A stretch of DNA of 64,000 bases from Scyliorhinus canicula (lineage: Eukaryota): assembly GCF_902713615.1 (NCBI RefSeq), contig NC_052149.1, positions 36,848,327 to 36,912,326 of the forward strand, in the 5' to 3' direction. The notes beneath the pieces were generated by a model. That model did no database searches. It was not told the DNA's origin and was given only the letters and a program-made list of their open reading frames with translations. Position numbers and translations under genes: made by a program. Positions 48,661 through 61,207 of the stretch are shown in pieces; positions within the stretch are counted from its first letter, which is position 1, and each line of letters opens with the position of its first letter.

Positions 48661-49829
48661 CAGCCTAGTACCCAAAGAACAAGGCTCAAAGGAATCATAT
48701 GAAAAACTCCTGCCCTGCCTTTCTGTAGGTCCAGCATATTTTGGTTACTATAAGTTGGAGCATATCATCACTCGCACTTAATTACATCTAGTTGCATTCA
48801 GTAGAATTGGTTGTCAAATTCTAAGCTGGATTTTGTGTTGGGTTACTATTGTTTCGAAGAGGATAATCATTACTGGTAGCAGGTCCAAATGGTGTCTGGC
48901 CGCTCATTGAATCCTGCTGAATTCTGTGTTGGGACCATTGCCTAACACCATGTTTATATCAATGATTTGCATAATGGTGGCAACAACATCAATTTATATT
49001 ATATCAGGGGAGCATTGTAAAGTTAAATATGACACTGAATCACATAAGGAGCTATTAGGTCAAACAATTAAAAGCTTGGTCAGAGGGCAGGCTTTAGATA
49101 GTGTCTTAAAGGAAGAACACAAGATCGAGGTGTAGGGAGGCAATCCTAGAGCTGATGACCTCACAAACTGAAGACTTGGTCACCAATGGTGGTACTATTA
49201 CAGTAGGATGCTCGAGGGGCCAGAATTCCAGAAGAACAGTACCTTGGGAGAGTTATGGGGCTGGAGGAGATCACAGAGTTAGAGAGGGGTGAGACAGTGA
49301 TGGGATTTGAAAGCAAGGATGAGAATTTTAAAGTGAAGATGTTGCCCAACAGGGTAGATTTCACGAGTTACTGGGTCGAGGTTTTTTTTTTGCAGAGACG
49401 AGTGATGAAGGTAGATTTAAAGGAGAGGGACAATACCGGAAAAGAGAAAACAATATTGGCTAACGTAGGGGCCAGGAGGGGAAGTTGGATATCAGCAGTT
49501 TTGTGGAAATCAGGTTGAGGGAGAAGGGGGTGCATTTGAAAACAATGAGCTCGGGGAGGGCATGAAGTGAGACTGGAATGTGAGTTCTAGGAGATAGGGG
49601 CGGGCGGACTGATGTCACTCTACCTCCCTCAGCTTAGCAAAAGATAGTGACTGGCCCTTCCAGGTTGCTGTCCCTCCCCTCACTTACTCCATTCCCTCAT
49701 TCCCTTCCCCTCACTCCCTTCCTTCCCCCTCAATCCTTTCTTCTCCTTCTCACTGCCCTCCTTCCCTCTCCCTTCCAACCAACCTCCCTCCTTCCCTATT
49801 GCCCCCTCCCTATGTCCCCCCTACCCCCT

Positions 49830-52800
49830 CCCTCTACGTCCTCCACTGCCCCCCTCCCTCTACGTCCTCCACTGGCCCCCTCCCTCTACGTCCTCCACTG
49901 GCCCCCTCCCTCTACGTCCTCCACTGCCCCCCCTCCCTCTAAGTCCTCCACTGCCCCCTCCCTCTACGTCCTCCCCTGCCCCCTCCCTCTACGTCCTCCA
50001 CTGCCCTCTCCCTCTACGTCCTCCACTGCCCCCCTCCCTCTACGTCCTCCACTGCCCCATCCCTCTACGTCCTGCACTGCTCCCCTCCCTCTAAGTCCCC
50101 CCGCCCCCTCCCTCTAAGTACCCCCTCCCTCTAAGTCCCCCCCGCCCCCTCCCTCTAAGTCCCCCCGCCCCCTCCCTCTAAGTCGTCGCCACTGCCTCGC
50201 CCCTCTAAGTCACCCCTGCCCCCTCCCTCTAAGTCCCTCCTGCCCCCTTCCACTAAGTCCCCCCTGCCCACCCTCCCACTAAGTCCCCCCTGCCCCCCCC
50301 ACACTAAGTCCCCTGCCCCCCCCACTAAGTCCCCTGCCCCCCCCCCACTAAGTCCCCTGCCCCCCCCCACTAAGTCCCCTGCCCCCCCACTAAGTCCCCC
50401 GCCCCCCCTTCCCACTAAGTCCCCCGCCCCCCTCCCACTAAGTCCCCCGCCCCCCCCCCCACTAAGTCCCCCGCCCCCCCCTTCCCACCAAGTCCCCCGC
50501 CCCCCCCTTCCCACCAAGTCCCCCGCCCCCCCCTTCCCACCAAGTCCCCCGCCCCCCCCCTTCCCACCAAGTCCCCCGCCCCCCCCTTCCCACCAAGTCC
50601 CCCGCCCCCCCTTCCCACCAAGTCCCCCGCCCCACCCTTCCCACCAAGTCCCCCGCCCCACCCTTCCCACCAAGTCCCCCGCCCCACCCTTCCCACCAAG
50701 TCCCCCGCCCCACCCTTCCCACCAAGTCCCCCGCCCCACCCTTCCCACCAAGTCCCCCGCCCCACCCATCCCACCAAGTCCCCCGCCCCACCCTTCCCAC
50801 CAAGTCCCCCGCCCCACCCTTCCCACCAAGTCCCCCGCCCCACCCTTCCCACCAAGTCCCCAGCCCCACCCTTCCCACCAAGTCCCCCGCCCCACCCTTC
50901 CCACCAAGTCCCCCGCCCCACCCTTCCCACCAAGTCCCCCGCCCCACCCTTCCCACCAAGGCCCCCGCCCCACCCTTCCCACCAAGGCCCCCGCCCCACC
51001 CTTCCCACCAAGGCCCCCGCCCCCCCCTTCCCACCAAGTCCCCCGCCTCCCCTTCCCACTACCAAGTCCCCCGCCTCCCCTCCCACTACCAAGTCCCCCG
51101 CCCCCCTCCTCCCACCAAGTCCCCCGCCCCCCTCCTCCCACCAAGTCCCCCGCCCCCCTCCTCCCACCAAGTCCCCCGCCCCCCTCCTCCCACCAAGTCC
51201 CCCGCCCCCCCCCTCCCACCAAGTCCCCCGCCCCCCTCCTCCCACCAAGTCCCCCCCCCCCCCCCCCCCCACCAAGTCCCCCGCCCCCCTCCTCCCACCA
51301 AGTCCCCCGCCCCCCTCCTCCCACCAAGTCCCCCGCCCCCCTCCTCCCACCAAGTCCCCCGCCCCCCTCCTCCCACCAAGTCCCCCGCCCCCCTCCTCCC
51401 ACCAGGTCCCCCGCCCCCCTCCTCCCACCAGGTCCCCCGCCCCCCTCCTCCCACCAGGTCCCCCGCCCCCTCCTCCCACCAGGTCCCCCGCCCCCCTCCT
51501 CCCACCAGGTCCCCCGCCCCCCTCCTCCCACCAGGTCCCCCGCCCCCCTCCTCCCCCCAGGTCCCCCGCCCCCCTCCTCCCACCAGGTCCCCCGCCCCCC
51601 TCCTCCCACCAGGTCCCCCGCCCCCCTCCTCCCACCAAGTCCCCCGCCCCCCTCCTCCCACCAAGTCCCCCCCCCCCCCTCCTCCCCCCAAGTCCCCCGC
51701 CCCCCTCCTCCCACCAAGTCCCCCGCCCCCCTCCTCCCACCAAGTCCCCCGCCCCCCTCCTCCCACCAAGTCCCCCGCCCCCCTCCTCCCACCAAGTCCC
51801 CCCGCCCCCCTCCTCCCACCAAGTCCCCCGCCCCCCTCCTCCCACCAAGGTCCCCCGCCCCCCTCCTCCCACCAAGTCCCCCGCCCCCCTCCTCCCACCA
51901 AGTCCCCCGCCCCCTCCTCCCACCAAGTCCCCCGCCCCCCTCCTCCCACCAAGTCCCCCGCCCCCCTCCTCCCACCAAGTCCCCCGCCCCCCTCCTCCCA
52001 CCAAGTCCCCCGCCCCCCTCCTCCCACCAAGTCCCCCGCCCCCCTCCTCCCACCAAGTCCCCCGCCCCCCTCCTCCCACCAAGTCCCCCGCCCCCCTCCT
52101 CCCACCAAGTCCCCCGCCCCCCTCCTCCCACCAAGTCCCCCGCCCCCCTCCTCCCACCAAGTCCCCCGCCCCCCTCCTCCCACCAAGTCCCCCGCCCCCC
52201 TCCTCCCACCAAGTCCCCCGCCCCCCTCCTCCCACCAAGTCCCCCGCCCCCCTCCTCCCACCAAGTCCCCCGCCCCCCTCCTCCCACCAAGTCCCCCGCC
52301 CCCCTCCTCCCACCAGGTCCCCCGCCCCCCTCCTCCCACCAGGTCCCCCGCCCCCCTCCTCCCACCAGGTCCCCCGCCCCCCTCCTCCCACCAGGTCCCC
52401 CGCCCCCCTCCTCCCACCAAGTCCCCCGCCCCCCTCCTCCCACCAGGTCCCCCGCCCCCCTCCTCCCACCAAGTCCCCCGCCCCCCTCCTCCCACCAGTC
52501 CCCCGCCCCCCTCCTCCCACCAAGTCCCCCGCCCCCCTCCTCCCACCAGTCCCCCGCCCCCCTCCTCCCACCAGGTCCCCCGCCCCCCTCCTCCCACCAG
52601 GTCCCCCGCCCCCCTCCTCCCACCAGGTCCCCCGACCCCCTCCTCCCACCAGGTCCCCCGCCCCCCTCCTCCCACCAGGTCCCCCGCCCCCCTCCTCCCA
52701 CCAAATCCCCCGCCCCCCTCCTCCCACCAAGTCCCCCGCCCCCCTCCTCCCACCAAGTCCCCCGCCCCCCTCCTCCCACCAAGTCCCCCGCCCCCCATCT

Positions 52801-54650
52801 CCCACCAAGTCCCCCGCCCCCCATCTCCCACCAAGTCCCCCGCCCCCCTCCTCCCACCAAGTCCCCCGCCCCCCTCCTCCCTAACAAGTCCCCCGCCCCC
52901 CTCCTCCCACCAAGTCCCCCGCCCCCCTCCTCCCACCAAGTCCCCCGCCCCCCTCCTCCCACCAAGTCCCCCGCTCCCCATCTCCCACCAAGTCCCCCGC
53001 CCCCCATCACCCACCAAGTCCCCCGCCCCCCATCTCCCACCAAGTCCCCCGCCCCCCTCCTCCCACCAAGTCCCCCGCCCCCCTCCTCCCACCAAGTCCC
53101 CCGCCCCCCTCCTCCCACCAAGTCCCCCGCCCCCCCTCCTCCCACCAAGTCCCCCGCCCCCCTCCTCCCACCAAGTCCCCCGCCCCCCCTCCTCCCACCA
53201 AGTCCCCCGCCCCCCTCCTCCCACCAAGTCCCCCGCCCCCCTCCTCCCACCAAGTCCCCCGCCCCCCTCCTCCCACCAAGTCCCCCCCCCCCCCTCCTCC
53301 CACCAAGTCCCCCGCCCCCCTCCTCCCACCAAGTCCCCCGCCCCCCTCCTCCCACCAAGTCCCCCCGCCCCCCTCCTCCCACCAAGTCCCCCGCCCCCCT
53401 CCTCCCACCAAGTCCCCCGCCCCCCATCTCCCACCAAGTCCCCCGCCCCCCTCCTCCCACCAAGTCCCCCGCCCCCCTCCTCCCACCAAGTCCCCCGCCC
53501 CCCCTCCTCCTACCAAGTCTCCCGCCCCCCCCTCCTCCCACCAAGTCCCCCGCCCCCCCCTCCTCCCACCAAGTCCCCCGCCCCCCCTCCTCCCACCAAG
53601 TCCCCCGCCCCCCCTCCTCCCACCAAGTCCCCCGCCCCCCCCTCCTCCCACCAAGTCCCCCGCCCCCCCCTCCTCCCACCAAGTCCCCCGCCCCCCCTCC
53701 TCCCACCAAGTCCCCCGCCCCCCCTCCTCCCACCAAGTCCCCCGCCGCCCTCCTCCCACCAAGTCCCCCGCCCCCCTCCTCCCACCAAGTCCCCCGCCCC
53801 CCTACTCCCACCATGTCCCCCGCCCCCCTCCTCCCACCAAGTCCCCCGCCCCCCTCCTCCCACCAAGTCCCCCGCCCCCCTCCTCCCACCAAGTCCCCCG
53901 CCCCCCCTCCTCCCACCAAGTCCCCCGCCCCCCTCCTCCCACCAAGTCCCCCGCCCCCCTCCTCCCACCAAGTCCCCCGCCCCGTCCTCCCACTAAGTCC
54001 CTCTTGCCCCTGCCCCCCTCCCACTAAGTCCCCCTTGCCCCTGCCCCCCCTCCCACTAAGTCCCCCTTGCCCCTACCCCCCTCCCACTAAGTCCCCCTTG
54101 CCCCTGCCCCCCCTCCCACTAAGTCCCCCTTGCCCCTGCCCCCCTCCCACTAAGTCCCCCTTGCCCCTGCCCCCCTCCCACTAAGTCCCCCTTGCCCCTG
54201 CCCCCCTCCCACTAAGTCCCCCTTGCCCCTGCCCCCCCTCCCACTAAGTCCCCCTTGCCCCTGCCCCCCCTCCCACTAAGTCCCCCTTGCCCCTGCCCCC
54301 CCTCCCACTAAGTCCCCCTTGCCCCTGCCCCCCCTCCCACTAAGTCCCCCTTGCCCCGTTCCCCTCCCACTATGTCCCCCTTGCCCCTGCCCCCCTCCCA
54401 CTAAGTCCCCCTTGCCCCTGCCCCCCCTCCCACTAAGTCCCCCTTGCCCCTGCCCCCCCTCCCACTAAGTCCCCTTTGCCCCTGCCCCCCCTCCCACTAA
54501 GTCCCCCTTGCCCCTGCCCCCCTCCCTCTAAGTCCCCCTTGCCCCTGCCCTCCCTCCCACTAAGTCCCCCTCGCCCCTGCCCTCCCTCCCTCCCTCCCTC
54601 CCTCCCACTTAGTCCCCCTCGCCCCTGCCCTCCCTCCCACTTAGTCCCCC
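49830..54650. repeat. ~4.8-kb G/C-skewed minisatellite; main unit 26 bp CCCACCAAGTCCCCCGCCCCCCTCCT
   Basis: 26-bp period (e.g. AAGT at 51977 and 52003); variant blocks of ~22, 26 and 32-33 bp toward the edges. Confidence 0.97.
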
Positions 54651-54751
54651 TCTTCCTCCAATTCCTCTCTCCAACTCCCCTTCCCCCTGTAACTCCTCTC
54701 CCTCCTTCTGGCTCCGCTCCGCTGCGCTCCCTCTCTCACTCACTCACTCAC

Positions 54752-54860
54752 CTCCTTTACCCTGCTCCTCCAGGCTCTCCAATGCGGATCTGGAGGTGGT
54801 GATACGGGTCGGCACTGGGCTCAGAAAGCACCGACCGCCAAAACTCCCGAAGCGATCGAG
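54752..54860 (-). other. Candidate non-coding first exon / promoter of PARS2
   Basis: CpG-containing unique sequence ending in donors GAG|GTGAGT (54752/54751) and GG|GTAAAG (54761/54760); the PARS2 coding exon has an acceptor just upstream of its ATG and so needs an upstream exon. Confidence 0.5.
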
Positions 54861-55189
54861 TTTGTTCAGCCTTCAGAATCCACAGCTCTTTAGTTTCACA
54901 TTGCAAAGGCGAGGTGCTGGTGATCTGATAATCATGATGCACAACATGTCTCAGGATAAATTATTCACCCAATAAAGCAGCTATTTTGCTTTCCCCCTGA
55001 CAGAAACACTTGATTTAAATGCAGAAACTGCTGGAAATACTCAGCATTTCTGGCGAGAAAGGGAGGAACGCTTCAGGCCGATGCCTTTTCATGGGAACTG
55101 GGTTTGATTTATGTTGAGTGAAGTCTGTGTTGTGGTAGCAGATCACACATTTCCATCTGATTTGCCAATAAACTGGGGAAGTCCGTTAA

Positions 55190-55445
55190 CAGCACGGTGG
55201 TTAGCATAAATGCTTTACAGCTCCAGGGTCCCAGGTTCGATTCCCGGCTGGGTCACTGTCTGTGCGGAGTCTGCACATCCTCCCCGTGGGTTTCCTCCGG
55301 GTGCTCTAGTTTCCTCCCACAGTCCAAAGATGTGCAGGTTAGGTGGATTGGCCATGCTAAATTGCCCGTAGTGTCCTAAAAAGTAAGGTTGTTGTTGGGT
55401 TATGGGTATAGGGTGGATACATGGGTTTGAGTAGGGTGATCATGG
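55190..55445 (+). mobile_element. V-SINE (HE1-like), 3'-truncated
   Basis: Head and central domain. Confidence 0.85.
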
Positions 55446-56696
55446 CCTTGCACGCTGTGGCATTTCAAGTGTTGGTCTAAATACTTCTTAAATGTTGTGA
55501 GGATTCCCGCCCCTACCACTCTCTCAGGCAGTGAGTTCCAAATTCCCACCGTCATATTTTGTATGTGTGTATGCACGTCCAAAGTCTCTGTGCTACTGCA
55601 TGCTGCCCTCAAAGTGGTTGTGTGTGGTGTGGGGGGGGAGAGATGGTCGCACACTTCGTAGTGGAAGAAGCCTTCGCAAAGATGTTCTTGAGAGATATGC
55701 AATGGTATTTGTCGAGGTTCATCGCAAGCAGCTCTGTGATGCAGGACTCTGTGCTCTATGGGCTGTTCCCAGGGATGGACCAAGACAAATAACTGCTGCT
55801 GCAGGATCATCAACTCGATGAAAGACGCGTAACTTCCGAGTATCGGAGGGAAGTATGGCCACCGAATCTGAGAGAGAAAAATATGCACTTATCTGCGCTT
55901 AGAAATCGTGACAAACTCTCCAGCTCCAGCTAAAGCCTTGGGCCTCCAGCGGGACAGTCTGCGCAGGCTCCAGTGTGGCACAGTTTGAAAGTAGCCGCAC
56001 CACATAGTAACGCAGCAGCTATTGGAACGCCCATTGAGGTCAGGCATTTAAACTGCAGGTTTATATTGAAGACAACAGGCAACAACTTTTACAAGTGTTT
56101 TAAAGTTATTTTGAAGTTTATTGACAGTGTTTGTTTTTCTCCTTTTATACAGGCATTTCAATTATTATTGTTTCCTTTCAAGTAATTTTAAATTTATTTC
56201 ATGATTAATGGTGATGACCTATTTATAAGTGATCATAGGTTTTGTTATTTGTTTTAAATCTGTGAAACTATTTAAATCAGCACGATATTATAGTGTAATT
56301 ATACGTGTGGCACGCTTAAAAGTGTTTGTATGTTCTAATTGAGGTCAAGGCACCTGAAAATTTAGTTGGGAAGAAAAGAAGTCAGAACCTCTTGGACCAC
56401 AAACAATGGAGATTCTTGAAGCAGAACAAATTGTAAATAGCACTGTCCCTTTATAGACGTGCAGAAAGGGGGGTCATAAAATGCTGGTTCTGATCTGGTC
56501 ATAAGATTTAAAAAGTGCCTCCCAGGGATTTTTGCTTTTAGCTGTCACTGAACTTGTAACATCTGATTTTTTTGAGTGTGTATATTATTATTATTTTTAT
56601 GCTTCGTCTACCTCAATTAAGTAACTAAGTTTACATTATCTGATATTTAACTACTGTGCTTTAATGTTTGAATAAAACATTTGCAGAAATTTGTAA

Positions 56697-57505
56697 CCAT
56701 AAGACACAAGAGCAGAATTAGGCCATTTAGCCCATCGAGTCTGCTCCACCATTCAATCATGGCTGATATTTTTCTCATCCCCATTCTCCTGCCTTCTCCC
56801 CATAACCCCTGATCCCCTTATTGATCAAGAACCTATCTATCTCTGTTTTAAAGACACTCAGTGATTTGGCCACATTCTGCGACAAAGAGGTCCACAAATC
56901 CACCACCCTCTGGCTGAAGAAAATCCTCCTCATCTCAGTTTTAAAGGATCATCCCTTCAGTCTGAGGCTGTGCCCTCAGGTGCTAGTTTTAAATACTGGT
57001 GGAAACATCCTCTCCATGTCCACTCTATCCAGGTCTCTCAGTACCCTGCAAGTTTCAATAAGACCCCCCCTCATCCTTCTAAATTCCAATGAGTACAGAC
57101 CCAGAGTCCTCAACCACTCCTCATACACCAAGCTTATCATTCCAGGGATCATTCTTGTAATCGTCCTCTGGACCCTTTCCAAGGCCAGCATATCCTTCCA
57201 TAGATAAGGTGCCCAAAACTGCTCACAATACTCCAAATGGAGTCTGATCAGAGCCTTATACAGCCTCAGAAGTATATCCGAGCTCTTGTATTCTAGCCCT
57301 CTGGACATGAATGCTAACATTGCATTTGCCTTCCTAACTGCCGACTGAACCTACACGTTAACCTTAAGAGAATCTTGAACTAAGACTCCTAAGTGCCTTT
57401 GTGCTTCTGATTTCCTAAGCCTTTTCCCATTTAGAAAATAGTCTATGCCTCCATTCTTGCTACCAAAGTACACAACCGTACACTTTTCCACATTGTATTC
57501 CATTG
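56697..57505 (-). mobile_element. CR1 LINE 3' fragment
   Basis: LAFMSRGLEYKS, LYKALIRLHLEYCEQFWAP; CR1 tail. Confidence 0.9.
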
Positions 57506-58653
57506 ATGTTGATGTTGCATCTTTTGAGGAAAGCCTTTTGGGTGTCTTTGAAGTGCTTCCTTTGTCCTCCTCTTGATCAGGAACTTTCCTTGAGCAGGGC
57601 AAAAAATATTTGCTTTGGCGATCAAGACTCTGACATCCTAAGTTCGTGGCTGGCCCAGCGGAGTTGGTTTCAGATGATCATGGCCTCGATGCTGGTGCTC
57701 TTGGCTCCTCCAAGCACACTTTTGTTAGTACGTCTGTATTATAATTTATATAGCACCATTAACATAGTAAAACAGCCCAAGACACTTCAAAGGAGAAGTA
57801 TCGCACAAACTTTGAAACTGACTACACTTCTATGATTCTATGAAAATATTAGGTCAGATGACCACATGCTGGATCAAAGAGATAATTTCAAAGAAGTGTT
57901 TCAAAGGAGGAGAGAGTTACAAAGAGGGAATTGCAAAGCTTAGCACCCAGGTTGCTGAAGGCATGGTCAGCAAAGGTGGAACAACTAAATGTGAGTATGC
58001 ACAAGCTTCCAGTGTTTGAGGTGTGCAGGGGTCTCATAGGATTATTGAGCTGAAGGAATTTCCAGAGATGGGGAGGGGTGTGGCAATGGAGGAATTTGCA
58101 AACAAGGATAAGAATTTAGTTCTGTAGAAGGATAATTTAGAAACATTGACTCTGTTTCACCACAGATGCTGCCAGCCCTGAGTTTATCCAGCATTTTCTG
58201 TTTTTATTTCAGATTTCCAGCATCTGCAGTGTTTTGCTTTTATAAGAAATTTAAAATTGGGTTGTTACCCGACTTGGAGCCAATGTAGGTTAGTGAGCAC
58301 AGGCGTGGTGGGTGAACAGGGCTGGGTGTGAGTAAAAGTACTGGCAACAAAGATCTGCTCTGAGAAATTACCTTTCCTTTGCGTGACAGCTTCTTAGCAG
58401 ATGCCACCTGTTATTCTGTGGCTACCTGCAAAATGCTGGGAACTAAATGCTGCTCCTTTCTTCAGAGCACGGATAATTGGAGGAAGTTTCTTTTTTTGAA
58501 TGCAACTCAGCAATATCTAACAAGTATATATGCTAACTCAAAGGGATAGAAATGCATTTTGGGTTGCAATACAAAACGGGAAGTATCGCTTTGCCAAGCC
58601 TGATTTGAACAGGTGGTCAATGCACTTCTGCCCCAAGCTCAATATCTACTTCT

Positions 58654-58843
58654 TTTTTTAAATAAATTTAGAGTACCCAATTAATTTTTTCCAATTAAGG
58701 GGAAATTTAGCGTGGTCAATCCACCTACCCTGCACATCTTTGGGTTGTGGGGGTGAAACCCACGCAAACACGGGGAGAACGTGCAAACTCCACACGGACA
58801 GTGACCCAGAGCCGGGATCGAACCTGGGACCTCAGCGCCGTGA
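58654..58843 (-). mobile_element. 5'-truncated V-SINE (short-tail variant) with 15-bp TSD
   Basis: TCAATATCTACTTCT at 58639-58653 and 58844-58858. Confidence 0.88.
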
Positions 58844-59364
58844 TCAATATCTACTTCTAACTGTCTACACTTGTGTGTGGGGAACAGGCAATTGAAAGAA
58901 ATATTGAGAGTGCTTTTTTGACCATGTACTTCAAATATGTGTTCAAATAAAGTACAGCCTTGATCGTCCTGGCCCCACATCAATATAAAGAAGTAGTTGA
59001 CTTCAGAACAAATCTTGAACAAGGCTTTATAGCTGGTGTTATCCACTCAGTCCAAATTAAATAATTATATTAAAATATATTGAATTTTGGTTTGGTTCCT
59101 TATGAGAACTATTCTTGAAGTATTTTGGTCTGTTTAAATGAGACTTAAAGAATACATTTTGATTACATGGTCTTTCATTGATATTAGTTAACCCATACAT
59201 TTTTGCTTTAAGATGGGATCCAATGGCACTAACTGATATCGCCGACAGACTATTTGAACTAGTTGCTTTAAGCATCCTAATTTGACAATGTTTTGTTTCC
59301 ATGTTAAAATTGTTGTCCACTAGCAGCTTTCAAAATTAAATACCCATTAACTAATCTGCAACCA

Positions 59365-59680
59365 GGGGCAGCACGGTGGCACAGTGGTTAGCACTGCTGC
59401 CCCACAGTGCCAGAGACCCAGGTTCAATTCCGGCCTTGGGTGACCGTATGGAGTTTGCACGTTCTTCCTGTGGCTGCGTGGATTTCCTCCGGTGCTCTGG
59501 TTTCCCTCCACAGTCCAAAGATGTTCAGGTTAGGTGGATTGGCCATGATAAATTGCTACTTAATGTCCAACAGTTAGGTGGGGTTACAGGGGAATGGGCC
59601 TAGGTTGGGAACCCTTTCAGAGGGTCAGTGCAGGCTCGATTGGCTGAATGGCCTCCTTCTGCACTGTAGGGTTCCTATGA
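59365..59680 (+). mobile_element. V-SINE (HE1-like)
   Basis: Head, central domain and GAATGGCCTCCTTCTGCACTGTAG tail. Confidence 0.85.
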
Positions 59681-60344
59681 TGATAAACTTATTTTCTGGT
59701 GGCAGACATTGATCAGGGAACCTAAATTGATCAAGCCAGTCACCTTCTGTGTTGATGGCAGCCATTTTCTTCACAGGTTACAGTTTATTAGCATATGTAA
59801 AGGATTAACTCCTATGTTAAATGGCCAATTTCAGGTTGGACGTATTTCAGGTCTCCTCAGATGACAGGACACTATTCTTCAGAATTGGACAAGGTCCAAT
59901 TTCTAACCCTTTCAAAACAGCTCAATATTTTCTCACAGTAAGTACTGAAGATCCCTCACATGATCTATTGTGTTTCTCGTGGAATACATTTGGGGGGAAA
60001 AAAATCAACAATTTGTCCAGAGGTAATCCATGTGAAACCTCATTTGTCAGCGCCTCACATCCAGGACTTTTTCTCATCTCTCAACACTTTCTATTTCTGT
60101 TAGGGTGGTTTGCAATCAATTCATTAATATGTTGTTAATTGTATTTTCTCTAAAGAGGCTAATTTTCAGAACTTTGTCAAATATTTTCATTCTTAAATAA
60201 GCTTTAGCTTTGTTTTTCTCGACCTGTGTTTGAGGTTTGCTTTCACTATCTTAATCATTTTTCTTTTATCCAGTCACATGATGTAGGTGTCACTGGCAAG
60301 GTCAGCACTTATTGCCCATTAAGAAAGAATATAAAAATGTTTTA

Positions 60345-60536
60345 AAGTTACAAAGCCCCTGCGTAGAGCAGACAGGGCAAGCCCTTAATCCATCTCCTTG
60401 CTTGCTCCAAAAAACAATTCAAATTTAATCCAATTCATGATTCCCACAAGAGAGACTACTAATCCAAGCTGACTCGAACAGGCACTAAACCCGATCTTAG
60501 GCTTGATCTGACACTTGATCTTGGCCAAATGGCTGA
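60345..60536 (-). pseudogene. U2 snRNA-derived repeat (copy 2)
   Basis: Reverse complement TCAGCCATTTGGCCAAGATCAAGTGT..CTGTTCGAGTCAG..TTTTTGGAGCAAGCAAGGAGATGG..GCTTGCCCTGTC..; shares non-U2 features with 17173-17368. Confidence 0.82.
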
Positions 60537-60715
60537 CCCTTGTGACAACTGAATGGCTTGCCAGGCCATTTTGAAGACAGTTGAGTCAGCCACATTACTG
60601 TGGATCTGGAGTCACCTATAGGCCAGACTGGTAATGATACTAACTTTTTTTTAAAAATTCCAGATTAATTTAATTAACTGAATTTAAATTCCCCAGATGC
60701 TGTGGTGAGATTTGA

Positions 60716-61207
60716 ATGGATGTGGAAGCATTGGAAAGGGTGCAAAGGAGATTTAGCAGGATGCTGCCTGGTTTGCAGGATAGGTCTTATGAGGAAAGGT
60801 TGAGGGAGCTAGGGCTTTTCTCTTTGGAGTGAAGGAGGATGAGAGGCGACTTGATAGAGGTTTATAAGACGATGAGGGGGCTAGATAGAGTGGACATTCA
60901 GAGACTATTTCCTCGGGTGGATGTAGCTGTTACAAGGGGGCATAACTATAAGATTCAGGGTGGGAGATATAGGAGGGATGTCCAAGGTAGGTTCTTTACT
61001 CAGAGAGTGGTTAGGGTGTGGAATGGACTGCCTGCTGTGATAGTGGAGTCGGACACTTTAGAAACTTTCAAGCGGTTATTGGATAGGCACATGGAGCACA
61101 CCAGAATGACAGGGAATGGGATAGCTTGATCTTGGTTTCGGACAATGCTCGGCACAACATTGAGCGCCGAAGGGCCTGTTCTGTGCTGTACTGTTCTATG
61201 TTCTATG
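60716..61207 (+). mobile_element. CR1 LINE 3' end
   Basis: RGDLIEVYK, TRGHNYK, FFTQRVVRVWNGLP; tail CTGTTCTGTGCTGTACTGTTCTATGTTCTATG. Confidence 0.92.

Noticed and set aside
50155-54024. 1289-aa, 797-aa and 783-aa Gly-rich ORFs
   Set aside because: Translations of the 26-bp minisatellite; all three minus-strand frames are open because the unit lacks stop codons.
49830-54650. CRISPR-like periodicity
   Set aside because: Head-to-tail tandem units with no unique spacers, no cas genes, vertebrate context.
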